DNA from: Bacillus subtilis subsp. subtilis str. 168
GTDB taxonomy: Bacteria > Bacillota > Bacilli > Bacillales > Bacillaceae
Reading direction: 5' to 3'
DNA length: 32,000 nucleotides
Assembly (NCBI RefSeq): GCF_000009045.1
Contig: NC_000964.3
Location: 2,430,001-2,462,000 of the forward strand
This document shows positions 8,267 through 18,564 of the stretch, in pieces. Under the pieces are notes generated by a model, which was not told where the DNA came from, searched no databases, and was given only the letters and a program-made list of their open reading frames with translations. The position numbers were made by a program, and so were the translations under genes. How positions within the stretch are numbered: the first letter of the stretch is position 1; every line of letters begins with the position of its first letter.

Positions 8267-8371
8267 TGTCATTCCCTCTTTCTCCGCTTATGGATGAAAG
8301 GACAGTTTTATGGACTGTCCCTTCATAATTAAGACATACATTATCATACTCTTCAGTCAGTTTCAATGCGA

Positions 8372-9853
8372 TTATGAATTGGTAGGCTGCCTTAAGCGAT
8401 TTTTGGGGTGAACGATGCTGGGTCTTACTTTTGCGCCAGGTTTCGCTGTGCGGACAAGAACCTGCCACAGCGCCTTTCCGTTAAAGGGAATCAGCGGCCA
8501 TAAGTACGGTGTCTGAAGGGATTTGATGCTTGCCATGGCAATAATTAGCACTGTAAATCCGATGACGAGCCCTTTTATATGAAATAAAGCAACGAGTATC
8601 ATGAGGACAAGACGGCTCATTTTGTTTGCCAAGCTTAATTCATAACTAGGCGTCGTAAAGGTTCCAATCGCCGCAAGTGAGACGTACAGAATCACCTCAG
8701 GAGAAAAAAGGCCGACCTCAATCGCAATCTGCCCGATCAGAACAGCGGCAATTAAACCCATTGCTGTCGATAAAGCCGTCGGTGTGTGAATGGCAGCCAT
8801 TCTGAGAAACTCGATTCCTAAGTCAGCTAAAAATATCTGCAGGATGATCGGGATATGCGTATCTTTATTTAAACCGATAAATTTCATGTTGTCCGGGAGC
8901 AGATCAGGCTGAAGCACAAAGAGAAACCAGATCGGAAGAAATAAAGTAGAAGCAAGAATACCGAAAAATCTTACCCATCTTAAAAAGGTCCCGACTGAAG
9001 GCGCCTGCCTATATTCTTCAGCATGCTGCACATGGTGAAATAAAGTCGTCGGGGTAATGATCACACTCGGCGATGTGTCCACTATAATGATAACATGGCC
9101 TTCTAGAACATGATTTGCGGCCACATCCGGTCTTTCTGTATAGCGCACGAGCGGAAAAGGATTATAGCTTTGATTAACAATGAATTCCTCGACAGTTTTG
9201 TCTGCCATTGTTAATCCATCGACATCAATGGATGCAATTTCTTTTTCTACGATCTCAACCAGATCCGGATCAGCTATATCTTCTATATAACAAATGCTTA
9301 AATCCGTCTTTGACCGCTCACCAACTTTAGTCATCTTGACTCGAAGGCGTTCGTCTCTGATCCGCCTTCTGAGAAGGGCCGTATTGACGACGATATTTTC
9401 AACAAATCCGTCTCTGGCTCCCCTGACCACCTTTTCCGTATCAGGTTCTTCCGGGTTTCTGCCCGGATAGCTTCTGACATCAATTATAAATGCGAAGCCT
9501 GCACCTTCAACAATGACAGCGACGAGCCCGGACAGCACTTGGTCGGTGGTTTCATCCAAGGTTTTTACTTTTTCGACCTGGGCGTTAAGCAGCCTGTTTT
9601 CGACGATGTCGACCAGCTCATCAGGGTCTTCTTTCCGATTGTTAATGGCAACAAGCTCTCTCATTAAATGAATAATATAGGCTGTATCGCATAATCCATT
9701 TAGATAGTAAAGCTGGATCTCTTTATCTAAAATCGTGAGCTTGCGAACACCTACATCATAGCTCGTCCCCATCCCAACACGGTTTTTGAAATACTCTTCA
9801 TTTTTAGCTGGATTCCGATAAACCCGAATTTTCTCTTCCTTGTGGTCCGGCAT
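8372..9853 (-). CDS. spoVAF: stage V sporulation protein AF (GerA-family A-subunit-like membrane protein)
   Basis: 493-aa track ORF with a GerAA-type soluble domain followed by C-terminal transmembrane helices. It is the last spoVA cistron. Confidence 0.9.
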
Positions 9854-10415
9854 GATACCCGCTCCTTTCTAAAATAAACTCGACCGCTTTCATGGTGATT
9901 GGCGACCCTTTTGAGATATCGTCTTTTCTGCCCATTTTGCCGATATCCCCGATACCGACAATAAGCGGGAGATCAAGTTTATCAAGGCAATAGACTGTAT
10001 CTCCACTCATTCTGTGGTCATCAAATTCCCTTTCCCCGACTTTATCGACGCCGTATTCAGTTATTTCTCCATTGCGGTCAATGCTTACATCGACCCTGGT
10101 CCATTCAGCCTGATGTGTTTTTGACGCGACCGCAATCACACCGAGCACTTCAATAGACGGATGGGTTGCGACATAGGTTAGAGCGGCTTCTCCCGGGCCC
10201 TCTCCTTGAAGGCCGGAGTCGTCAAACATGACAAATACAGGATCATACGGTGCTGAGGCGATCAGCTTGACAAGCTCGGCGCCGCTGCGGGTGGAAGGAT
10301 TCCCTTTTGATTGTGAAATACATCGGCCTCCCACTTTGCTTGCGGCGTATTCAATTGTTTTAGCGGCATAAACATCCCCGTCTGTTACCAGTATGACCTT
10401 GCGTTTTGTCGTCAT
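9804..10415 (-). CDS. spoVAEA: stage V sporulation protein AEA
   Basis: 203-aa track ORF in the expected spoVA operon position. Its 3' end overlaps the spoVAF start by 50 nt. Confidence 0.88.
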
Positions 10416-10422
10416 GTCGGCA

Positions 10423-10773
10423 TTATCCTTTCGGTTTGAAAATAACAGCTACGATAAAGGCGAAAAGAATAGCGGCTGAGATACCGGCCGAGGTCAGCTC
10501 AAAAATCCCCATGCCGATTCCGATAAATCCGTGTATATGCGCCTGATGCATGGCGCCGTGCAGAAGACTGTGACCGAAGCTGACGATCGGAACGGTGGCG
10601 CCTCCTCCGGCAAATTCAATAAATTTATCGTAAATGCCGAAACCATCTAATATTGCACCGATTACAACAAATGATGTCATGACATGAGCTGGCGTCAATT
10701 TAAAAATATCCAAGAGCAGCTGGCCGACGATACAGATGGCCCCGCCGCAGACAAAAGCCAAAAGGTAGTCCAT
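10423..10773 (-). CDS. spoVAEB: stage V sporulation protein AEB (SpoVAC/SpoVAEB family membrane protein)
   Basis: Track ORF trimmed to the ATG at 10773 (116 aa, [11 protein letters not shown]...). GGAGGTG lies upstream, and the start is 1 nt after the spoVAD stop. Confidence 0.9.
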
Positions 10774-10774
10774 A

Positions 10775-11791
10775 TTAAGATGCACCTCCTGCACGCTCAA
10801 ATACAACCCCGTGGGCGATAGTCGGGATGGTTTCTTTTTGCTGGATCATCGTCGGGCTTAATAGCGCCCCGGTCGCCACGACAAATACACGGTTTAGTTT
10901 TCCTTCTCTCAGCTGCTTAAAAATATGAGAGTAGGTGACAACCGCTGAACAAGCACAGCCGCTCCCCCCGGCAAAGACCTGCTGATCCGGAGTGTAAATC
11001 AGAAGCCCGCAATCATCATGCTTTGTGCCGACTGGATATCCATCTTCTTTTAAAATGTCTTTTACGATTGGAGAACCGACGCCTGACAGGTCACCTGTCA
11101 GGATTAGATCATAGTCATCCGCTGTCCGGTTGAGATCTTTAAAGTGCTGCTTAATCGTATCAGCTGCAGCCGGAGCCATAGCCGATCCCATATCAAAAGG
11201 ATCTGTAATTCCTAAATCAGAAACCTTCCCGACAGTCGCACTTGTGATTTGGATATCACCCGGTGTCTGACTGATGACAACTGCACCGCTTCCGGTTACA
11301 GTGGAGGTAGCAGTGTCCGGTTTTTGGCCTCCGTATTCTGTCGGATAGCGAAACTGTCTTTCCGCAGTTGCATTGTGACTGCTGGTGGCAGCGAGTGCCC
11401 TTTTGGCAAACCCTCCATCAACTAAGGCTGATGCGACAGCCACTGTTTCCATTGATGTTGAACAGGCGCCAAACATACAAAGAAATGGGATTTTCAAGTG
11501 TCTTGCCACATAGTTAGCCGTCACGTTTTGGTTCAGCAAGTCGCCTGCCAGCAATAGGTCAATATCATCTTTTGTCAGATTGTTTTTTTGAAGTGCAACA
11601 TTAACAGCGTCTTCCATCAGCTGCCGTTCCGCCATTTCCCAGCTTTTTTGATTACAATGCATTTCGTCATAGGTTTTATCAAATAAAGAGCCAAGCGGTC
11701 CGTCTTTTTCCTTTGGTCCTGCTGCCGTTCCCGCTGAGTTGACAAATATGGGATGTTCAAATACCCAGGTTTGCTTTCCTGTTAATTTCAT
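10775..11791 (-). CDS. spoVAD: stage V sporulation protein AD (thiolase-fold dipicolinic acid (DPA)-binding protein)
   Basis: 338-aa track ORF with a beta-ketoacyl-synthase-like fold signature, in the expected operon position. Confidence 0.95.
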
Positions 11792-11803
11792 TTTCTTCTC
11801 CTC

Positions 11804-12256
11804 CTATGACATCAGTTTCTCAAAAGCAAACCGAATCATTCCAACGATGTATGCAGCTACAACTCCGAAAACAATAACATTTCCTGCCAGTTTAAACATA
11901 TTTGTCGCTACTCCAAGCACTAATCCTTCGCTTTTATATTCAAGAGCCGCACTTGCCATACTGTTGGCAAAACCCGTGACAGGTACGGCTGAACCTGCGC
12001 CTGCGAATTGTCCGATTCTGTCATAGATTCCAAACCCTGTAAGCAGGGCAGAAATTAATATCAGCGTTGCAGCTGTTGGATTCCCCGCAGTTTTTTCATT
12101 GAAATCAAAAAAATGGATATAAAAATTTTGCAGACCTTGCCCGATTGCACAAATCAGTCCGCCCACTAAAAAGGCTTTTACACAGTTCCAGACGTAAGGC
12201 GGCTTAGGCTGATATGTTTTCACTTTTGATTTGTAATTTTCTTTTATGTTTGTCAT
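11804..12256 (-). CDS. spoVAC: stage V sporulation protein AC (membrane channel component)
   Basis: 150-aa track ORF, a paralogue of SpoVAEB (shared GFGIYD...FAGAG/GGG motif). Confidence 0.95.
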   Translation of the reverse strand: MTNIKENYKSKVKTYQPKPPYVWNCVKAFLVGGLICAIGQGLQNFYIHFFDFNEKTAGNPTAATLILISALLTGFGIYDRIGQFAGAGSAVPVTGFANSMASAALEYKSEGLVLGVATNMFKLAGNVIVFGVVAAYIVGMIRFAFEKLMS

Positions 12257-12268
12257 CTTGAAACCTCC

Positions 12269-12694
12269 TTATGAATGGTCAATAAAGTACAGCCAGTGAA
12301 ATAAAGATCCCGCGATTTTCCCAATCACGATGGCCATTAACAGAATAATGATTTTACTTCTGAGCCCGATTCGTTTCGCCAAAATCGGCAGGACATTTAA
12401 AACCTCTGTAAGAGCAGCCGCTAGCATCCCGACGAACAAACCTGCCAGAAGCCCGACCGGCACAGCTATCCATTTTGTTAGATAAAGATGATTCATATGA
12501 AGCGTCTCCCATCCCCCGCAAACCGCGCCAAGAATAACAGCCGCTTCATAAGCCTGAACAAATCTCATTGTTTTGGTGAGCTGCATCAGCCGCGGAATGA
12601 TTCCCATTACGGTTAAAAAAGCAACGAAACCCGCCCCCACCGTTATGCCTCCGCCGAGCCCGACAAAAATGATGAACAATACACTAACGATCAT
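12269..12694 (-). CDS. spoVAB: stage V sporulation protein AB
   Basis: 141-aa polytopic membrane ORF. Its start overlaps the spoVAA stop by 11 nt. Confidence 0.9.
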
Positions 12695-13304
12695 GCAGAT
12701 CCTTTATGGTTTCTTGATTCTCATGCATGGCCACATATTGATCGAGATCAAGCTGATAGTTAAACATCTCAACCTCCAGCGGGCTGGGCTCTTCATTTAG
12801 GCGCTTTTTAAATATGTGGTTAAAAAACACGATCATCCCCAGTCCCAAACCGATGCTGTATGGGATTTGAAGCAAATATGGATAGTCATTCCTCTCTCCG
12901 GTTATGATTTCATATAGTGCGATATGAACATCTCTCATGCTTACATCCTCATGAAAGTTCATGATGGCAAGACACGATCCAATAAACAGAAGCAGCCAGA
13001 CACCGATAAATAGAACCGTTGATAAATTTCGCTTTCGATACTGAATTTCAACAATGGTTTCTGCTCCGCCTACGGTTTGAACATCAATTGTCGGGTCTTG
13101 TAAATGAATGGCTCTGAGGACTTGTATGATATCCAGAATTACGATATTTTTATCTTTTTCGCTCACCTGATAAAGCGGCATAGCCGAAAGTTTCTTTTTC
13201 AGCTGAAGCTGCCCTTCTATTTGCGCGGCATCTCCAACGGTAATAATATCCCCTGGATGTGCCAGCACTCGGTGGCGAAGCCGGATAAATATTCGTCGTT
13301 CCAT
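12684..13304 (-). CDS. spoVAA: stage V sporulation protein AA
   Basis: I chose the second ATG at 13304 for better SD spacing (GGTGA). The product is 206 aa, starting [13 protein letters not shown]... Confidence 0.9.
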
Positions 13305-13336
13305 CATTGATCACCATCTTTCGGTGGTTATATATG

Positions 13337-13366
13337 TAGTATGTGGTTCGATTTTGTTCTCATTCA
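13337..13366 (-). promoter_or_regulatory. forespore sigma-G (or F) type promoter of the spoVA operon
   Basis: Minus strand TGAATG (13361-13366), 17-nt spacer, CATACTA (13337-13343). This is close to the SigG consensus TGAATA-N17/18-CATACTA. Confidence 0.6.
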
Positions 13367-13403
13367 TCCGCTCGAAAAGACCATAAATTACCACGCTTTT
13401 GCA

Positions 13404-13434
13404 CAAAAAAGCTAGCCTGCACTGCAGACTAGCC
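13404..13434 (-). terminator. intrinsic terminator after sigF
   Basis: Minus strand GCTAGTCTGCA-G-TGCAGGCTAGC (one G-U pair), followed by TTTTTTG. The sigF stop codon lies inside the stem. Confidence 0.65.
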
Positions 13435-14196
13435 ATCCGTATGATCCATTTGAACCTTGATCTGTTTTAATATTTTCTTTTCAAGCCTGGAAACCTGCAC
13501 CTGAGAGATCCCGAGCCGCTCAGCCACCTCGGACTGTGTCTGGTCTTTATAATATCTGAGATAGACGATTAGTTTTTCCCTTTCCTCCAAATCGCTGATC
13601 GCTTCTTTCAGCGCAATTTTGTCAAACCATTTTTCTTCTGAGTTGTCAGCGATTTGATCAAGCAGGGTAATCGGATCTCCGTCATTTTCATAAACGGTTT
13701 CGTGAATCGAAGATGGAGCCCTTACCGCCTCTTGGGCCAGTACAACATCCTCAGCTTCAATCTCCAAATGGTCAGCGATCTCCTGCACCGTCGGCACTCT
13801 GCCCAGTGTTTTCGAAAGCTCATCCTTCGCGCGCCGGATTTTGTTTCCAAGCTCTTTTAATGACCGTGATACCTTTACGGTTCCGTCATCACGGATAAAT
13901 CGTTGGATTTCTCCGATAATCATCGGCACTGCATACGTTGAAAAACGCACATCATAGGTTAAATCAAATTTGTCAACAGATTTTAACAGCCCGATGCAGC
14001 CGATCTGGAAGAGATCGTCAGGCTCATATCCTCTGTTTAAAAACCGCTGTACGACAGACCAAACAAGACGCATGTTTTTTTCTATGAGGAGGTCTCTTGC
14101 CTGCTGGTCGCCATTTTGGCTTTGTTTGATTAATTCCTTTACTTCATGATCCTTCAGCTGAGCGTTTTTGCCGTTTTTCTTAACCTCCACATCCAT
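13429..14196 (-). CDS. sigF: RNA polymerase sporulation sigma factor F
   Basis: 255-aa sigma-70 family ORF with regions 2, 3 and 4. It is the third gene of the spoIIA operon. Confidence 0.97.
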   Translation of the reverse strand: MDVEVKKNGKNAQLKDHEVKELIKQSQNGDQQARDLLIEKNMRLVWSVVQRFLNRGYEPDDLFQIGCIGLLKSVDKFDLTYDVRFSTYAVPMIIGEIQRFIRDDGTVKVSRSLKELGNKIRRAKDELSKTLGRVPTVQEIADHLEIEAEDVVLAQEAVRAPSSIHETVYENDGDPITLLDQIADNSEEKWFDKIALKEAISDLEEREKLIVYLRYYKDQTQSEVAERLGISQVQVSRLEKKILKQIKVQMDHTDG

Positions 14197-14207
14197 AACA
14201 AATCTCC

Positions 14208-14648
14208 TTAATTACAAAGCGCTTTGCTTTTTGATAAGTGCTTTGTTAAGCGAATCGTTGTTCCCATTTCAGGCGATGAATCGATACTGACATCATCCAT
14301 GAAATTTTCCATAATGGTAAAGCCCATTCCAGAGCGCTCAAGCTCAGGCTTAGTCGTAAATAGAGGCTGACGGGCTTCTTCAAGATCTGTAATGCCTAAG
14401 CCTTCATCACGAATAGTCATATATACGACATGATCTTCCAGCGTCACTGAAATGTAAACTTTCCCTTCACAGTTCTCTTCATATCCATGGATAATCGCAT
14501 TCGTGACAGCCTCTGACACGACTGTTTTGATTTCAGTCAGTTCATCCATTGTCGGGTCCAGCTGAGCTATAAATGAAGCAACTGTCACACGGGCGAACGA
14601 TTCATTCTGACTGAGGGCAGAAAACTCAAGGTGCATTTCATTTTTCAT
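14208..14648 (-). CDS. spoIIAB: anti-sigma F factor / serine kinase
   Basis: 146-aa ORF with HATPase_c motifs ([21 protein letters not shown]). Confidence 0.97.
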   Translation of the reverse strand: MKNEMHLEFSALSQNESFARVTVASFIAQLDPTMDELTEIKTVVSEAVTNAIIHGYEENCEGKVYISVTLEDHVVYMTIRDEGLGITDLEEARQPLFTTKPELERSGMGFTIMENFMDDVSIDSSPEMGTTIRLTKHLSKSKALCN

Positions 14649-14998
14649 GATGCCACCCCCAGTGTCAGGAGTGCCTGCTGTTCAGATTGTTCAAATCGGA
14701 TAATTTTAAACAGACCCGACATATCAAACAATCGCTTCACCGCAGGAGAGATAGCGCAAACAACCATTTCTCCGCCAATTTGCTTAATTTGCTTGTATCT
14801 TCCTAAAATAACGCCAAGCCCCGAGCTGTCCATAAAGGAAAGGTCCTCCAAGTTCAGCACGATATGGCGAATATCATCCTTCTCCAATGATTGAGTCACT
14901 TTTTGCTTCAGGGTTTCAGCCGTATGGTGATCGAGTTCGCCTGTTAATCGAATACAAAGCACAGATTCTTTGACATTCATGTCAATTCCAAGGCTCAT
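14645..14998 (-). CDS. spoIIAA: anti-anti-sigma F factor (STAS domain)
   Basis: I chose the ATG at 14998 (AGGAGG 7 nt upstream), giving 117 aa. The phosphorylatable Ser region DSSGLG is present. The stop overlaps the spoIIAB start (ATGA). Confidence 0.95.
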   Translation of the reverse strand: MSLGIDMNVKESVLCIRLTGELDHHTAETLKQKVTQSLEKDDIRHIVLNLEDLSFMDSSGLGVILGRYKQIKQIGGEMVVCAISPAVKRLFDMSGLFKIIRFEQSEQQALLTLGVAS

Positions 14999-15030
14999 GC
15001 TCATTCCTCCTTGATATGATCGGATAATGA

Positions 15031-15062
15031 GTGTTTCGATTTCGACGGAATGAATTCCTTCA
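15031..15062 (-). promoter_or_regulatory. sigma-H type promoter region of spoIIA with Spo0A-box-like GTCGAAA
   Basis: The minus strand reads AAGGAATTCATTCCGTCGAAATCGAAAC. It has an AGGAATT -35-like element, a CGAAA -10-like element about 14 nt downstream, and a 6/7 match to the 0A box TGTCGAA. Confidence 0.5.
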
Positions 15063-15093
15063 CCGTGACAAAACTAGTGGTCATTCGGCATAA

Positions 15094-16263
15094 TTACTTA
15101 AATTTTGTCCAGTCTCCCATCGTCCGCTTTAAGAATGTGATAAACCCGGCTTTCTTCATATCTTCTTTTGCAGCAACAGGACTTTCAGCGAGTACTTCTC
15201 CATCCTTTTTCAGAACAAGAGTGCCAAGCTCTTGGCCTTTTTGAATCGGAGCACTAATATTGTCCTTCATCTTGATTTCTTTTTTCACATCGTTCATATC
15301 CTCGCCTTTTTTCGTCAATATTGAAATCGGCTCAGATGTAGTGAGTTCGATAAATTTTTGTTTCCCTTTTTTGACCTTTACTTTTGCTACTGTTTGATTT
15401 CGTTTATATAAAGGATGCGTTTCATATTGGCTAAAGGCGAAGTCAAGCATTTTTGTCACTTGCGCGTTTCTTTCTTTAGGCGTGCTCGCTCCGAATACAA
15501 CCGCTATGGCCCGCATGTTTCCTTTTTTAGCCGAAGCAGTCAGACAATATTTCGCTTCGCCTGTATAGCCTGTTTTTACGCCGTCTACACCAGGATAAAA
15601 TTTGATAAGGCGATTTGTATTTACAAGCCAAAACTTTTTATCTGTATTTTCACGCAGATAATCTTCATACGTGCCGGTAAACTTCGTAATTGATTCGTAT
15701 TTCAATAATTCCTTAGCCATGATTGCCATGTCATAAGCAGAGCTGTAGTGTCCTTCCTCGGTCAGTCCTGTTGGGTTTTTAAAGGATGTATTTTTCAATC
15801 CCAGCTCTTTTGCTTTTTTATTCATTTTCTTCACAAATTCTTCTTCAGAGCCGGAAATAAATTCAGCCATGGCGACGGAAGCGTCATTTCCCGAAGCGAT
15901 TGCGATGCCTTTCAGCATTTCTTTGACAGTCATTTCTTCGCCGGGCTCAAGGAATATCTGTGAGCCGCCCATTGACGCCGCATGCTCGCTTGTACGGACC
16001 TTATCACTCATTTTGATTTTGCCTTTATCTAAAGCTTCCATAATCAAAAGCATCGTCATAATTTTCGTCATGCTTGCAGGCGCCAGTCTCTCATTGCTGT
16101 TCTTGTTGTAAAGCACTTTTCCCGTGTCACGTTCTATCAGCACCGCAGACTTCGCTTCATGAGCAAGCTCCGATGTACGTTTTCCGTCTTGTTTTGCAAA
16201 TGCAGACGGTGCAAATGTAAGCAGCATTATACCAATCAACAAAGTGGATAAAAGACGTTTCAT
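15094..16263 (-). CDS. dacF: D-alanyl-D-alanine carboxypeptidase (sporulation-specific PBP)
   Basis: Track ORF trimmed to the ATG at 16263 (GGAGGG 8 nt upstream), giving 389 aa. It has the signal peptide MKRLLSTLLIGIMLLTFAPSAFA and the S11 motifs SMTK, SGN and KTG. Confidence 0.93.
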   Translation of the reverse strand: MKRLLSTLLIGIMLLTFAPSAFAKQDGKRTSELAHEAKSAVLIERDTGKVLYNKNSNERLAPASMTKIMTMLLIMEALDKGKIKMSDKVRTSEHAASMGGSQIFLEPGEEMTVKEMLKGIAIASGNDASVAMAEFISGSEEEFVKKMNKKAKELGLKNTSFKNPTGLTEEGHYSSAYDMAIMAKELLKYESITKFTGTYEDYLRENTDKKFWLVNTNRLIKFYPGVDGVKTGYTGEAKYCLTASAKKGNMRAIAVVFGASTPKERNAQVTKMLDFAFSQYETHPLYKRNQTVAKVKVKKGKQKFIELTTSEPISILTKKGEDMNDVKKEIKMKDNISAPIQKGQELGTLVLKKDGEVLAESPVAAKEDMKKAGFITFLKRTMGDWTKFK

Positions 16264-16293
16264 CTCAAAAGCCCTCCATTTCATAATCCTTTT

Positions 16294-16323
16294 TATTTTT
16301 TCCAAGCGTGATGGTTTTATACG
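16294..16323 (-). promoter_or_regulatory. forespore sigma-F/G type promoter of dacF
   Basis: Minus strand GTATA (16318-16322), then GGAAAAAATA (16294-16303) about 15 nt downstream, resembling the SigF consensus. Confidence 0.5.
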
Positions 16324-16355
16324 CCACTGATGGAAAATGTTTCGAATTTTGGGCA

Positions 16356-16394
16356 TAAAAAAAGACAGCTGTGTGATATCAGACACAGCTGTCT
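16356..16394 (-). terminator. intrinsic terminator after pupG
   Basis: Perfect 12-bp stem: AGACAGCTGTGT (16363-16374) pairs with ACACAGCTGTCT (16383-16394). A T-run follows on the minus strand. Confidence 0.75.
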
Positions 16395-16417
16395 TTTGGT
16401 CCTGCATTGATTCATAT

Positions 16418-17233
16418 TTATTCGTACTGAGCGACGATCGCTTTAACAAGCTTTAAGAATCCAGCTTTTACTTTTTCGGTCACTTCCATAACTTCATCGT
16501 GACTTAAAGGCTGATCCAGAATTCCGGCTGCCGCGTTAGAGATGCAGGAAATGCCAAGAACCCGCATTCCCGCATGATTCGCTACAATGACTTCCGGAAC
16601 AGTAGACATGCCGACTGCATCAGAGCCCATCGTTCTTAAGAAACGGACTTCTGCCGGTGTTTCGTAAGAAGGTCCTGTCACAGCAGTGTACACGCCTTTT
16701 TGAATTGGGATATTAAGGTCTTTCGCAATCTTTTCAGCCAGGCTGGACAGATCTTTGTCATAGGCTGAAGACATATCTGGAAATCTGGCGCCGAAATCTG
16801 CTTCGTTTGGCCCGATTAACGGGTTTGTTCCCATAAAGTTGATATGATCGGTAATAATCATTAAATCTCCCGCACGGAATTCAGTGTTGACACCGCCTGC
16901 GGCATTTGTCACGATCAACGCTTCCACACCGAGCGCTTTCATCACGCGTACAGGGAATGTGACTTTCTCCATTGAGTAGCCTTCATAAAAATGAAAGCGG
17001 CCCTGCATTGCAATGACGGAAACTCCTTCAAGAGTGCCAAGCACAAGCTGTCCGGCATGCCCTTCAACAGTAGATACCGGGAATTCAGGTATATCTTCAT
17101 ATTTCAGCTTGACCGGATTTTCGATTTCGTCCGCCAAAATGCCAAGACCTGAGCCTAAAATAAGGCCGATCTTTGGAGATTCCGGCAGGTTTTGTTTAAT
17201 AAAAGCGGCTGCGCGTTCAATTCTGTCCTTCAA
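16418..17233 (-). CDS. pupG: purine nucleoside phosphorylase
   Basis: 271-aa PNP/MTAP-family ORF (GSGLG, VGMSTVPE motifs). It starts 12 nt after the drm stop. Confidence 0.95.
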   Translation of the reverse strand: MKDRIERAAAFIKQNLPESPKIGLILGSGLGILADEIENPVKLKYEDIPEFPVSTVEGHAGQLVLGTLEGVSVIAMQGRFHFYEGYSMEKVTFPVRVMKALGVEALIVTNAAGGVNTEFRAGDLMIITDHINFMGTNPLIGPNEADFGARFPDMSSAYDKDLSSLAEKIAKDLNIPIQKGVYTAVTGPSYETPAEVRFLRTMGSDAVGMSTVPEVIVANHAGMRVLGISCISNAAAGILDQPLSHDEVMEVTEKVKAGFLKLVKAIVAQYE

Positions 17234-17245
17234 GAAACAGTCCCC

Positions 17246-18430
17246 CTATTGTAATAAAGATAAAAAGCTTTTCCCGTATTTCGGTTTATTTGTTTGGAAA
17301 TTATCAGCGATCGTTGCGCCAATATCGGCAAATGTATCTGCAAGCGGCAGCATTTGCGCTTTCTTATGTTTTTTGCTGTAAGCGAGAATCGGCACATACT
17401 CGCGTGTATGGTCAGTCCCATGATGAATCGGATCATTGCCGTGGTCGGCTGTAATAATTAACAGATCGTCTTCTCTCATTTTTTCAAACACTTCCGGAAG
17501 CCGCGCATCAAATTCTTCAAGCGCGCGTCCGTAGCCTTCAGGGTCACGGCGGTGTCCGAATAACGCGTCAAAATCAACAAGGTTCGCAAAGCTCAGACCC
17601 GTAAAATCTTCTCCCAGCGTATCGATCACCTTGTCCATTCCGTCCATATTAGAAACCGTTCTGCGTGAAGAAGTAATGCCTTCTCCGTCGTAAATATCAG
17701 AGATTTTACCGATTGAAATCACATCTAAGCCGCAGTCTTTCAATTCATTCATGACAGTGCGGTCAAACGGCTTCAGCGCATAATCATGGCGGTTTGGCGT
17801 CCGTTTGAATTGACCCGGCTCTCCGACGAACGGCCGTGCAATAATGCGGCCAACCATATATTTCGGATCAAGCGTCAGCTCTCTCGCCGTTTCGCAAATG
17901 CGATACAGCTCCTCAAGCGGCACAACCTCTTCGTGAGCGGCAATTTGCAGAACAGAGTCAGCAGACGTGTAAACAATTAAAGCCCCTGTCTCCATGTGCT
18001 CCTGGCCAAGCTCATCCAAAATCGCTGTGCCGGAAGCCGGCTTGTTTCCAATAATTTTGCGGCCAGATCTCTTTTCCAGCTCTTGAAGCAATTCATCAGG
18101 AAAGCCTTCCGGGAACACTTTAAACGGTTTATCAATGTATAAACCCATAATCTCCCAATGGCCGGTCATCGTATCTTTGCCGTTTGACGCTTCTTGCATT
18201 TTTCCATAATAGGCAAGCGGATGTTCTGTTTTTTCTACACCTTTGATATCTTCGATAAGACCAAGGCCGAGCTTTGCCATATTCGGCATATGTAATCCGT
18301 TCATATGCTCGGCAATATGACCGAGCGTATGAGCGCCTTCGTCATTAAAGTCAGCGGCATCCGGCGCTTCGCCGATTCCGACTGAGTCCATCACAATTAA
18401 AAACACACGATTATATTTGTATGCAGGCAT
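17246..18430 (-). CDS. drm: phosphopentomutase
   Basis: 394-aa alkaline-phosphatase-superfamily ORF ([16 protein letters not shown] motifs). Confidence 0.95.
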   Translation of the reverse strand: MPAYKYNRVFLIVMDSVGIGEAPDAADFNDEGAHTLGHIAEHMNGLHMPNMAKLGLGLIEDIKGVEKTEHPLAYYGKMQEASNGKDTMTGHWEIMGLYIDKPFKVFPEGFPDELLQELEKRSGRKIIGNKPASGTAILDELGQEHMETGALIVYTSADSVLQIAAHEEVVPLEELYRICETARELTLDPKYMVGRIIARPFVGEPGQFKRTPNRHDYALKPFDRTVMNELKDCGLDVISIGKISDIYDGEGITSSRRTVSNMDGMDKVIDTLGEDFTGLSFANLVDFDALFGHRRDPEGYGRALEEFDARLPEVFEKMREDDLLIITADHGNDPIHHGTDHTREYVPILAYSKKHKKAQMLPLADTFADIGATIADNFQTNKPKYGKSFLSLLQ

Positions 18431-18489
18431 CTTGAAAGCCTCCTTTTTTTCTATACGTCTATTGTATCGCTAAGAGGTCTGACAACTCA

Positions 18490-18519
18490 AGTATAAACCG
18501 TTTTCATTCCCGTTGACAA
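18490..18519 (-). promoter_or_regulatory. candidate sigma-A promoter of drm-pupG with overlapping cre-like site
   Basis: Minus strand TTGTCA (18514-18519), 18-nt spacer, TATACT (18490-18495). TGAAAACGGTTTATA (18492-18506) resembles the CcpA cre consensus TGWNANCGNTNWCA, except for the last two positions. Confidence 0.4.
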
Positions 18520-18564
18520 TGTATTTGGAAATAATGAGAAACTTCAATATTTTCTGTCGCTCTA

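Noticed and set aside
8157-8468. 103-aa ORF bridging the lysA start and spoVAF end
   Set aside because: It is out of frame with both well-supported genes that it overlaps, and it has no independent signals.
16264-16449. 62-codon N-terminal extension of dacF in the track ORF (451 aa)
   Set aside because: The extension runs through the pupG terminator hairpin and overlaps the pupG 3' end. The internal ATG at 16263 has a GGAGGG SD and starts a canonical signal peptide.
18513-18518. Perfect TTGACA on the plus strand in the drm-xerD gap as a plus-strand promoter
   Set aside because: There is no acceptable -10 hexamer at 16-18 nt spacing and no downstream plus-strand gene. The hexamer is largely the complement of the minus-strand TTGTCA -35 element (18514-18519), offset by 1 nt.
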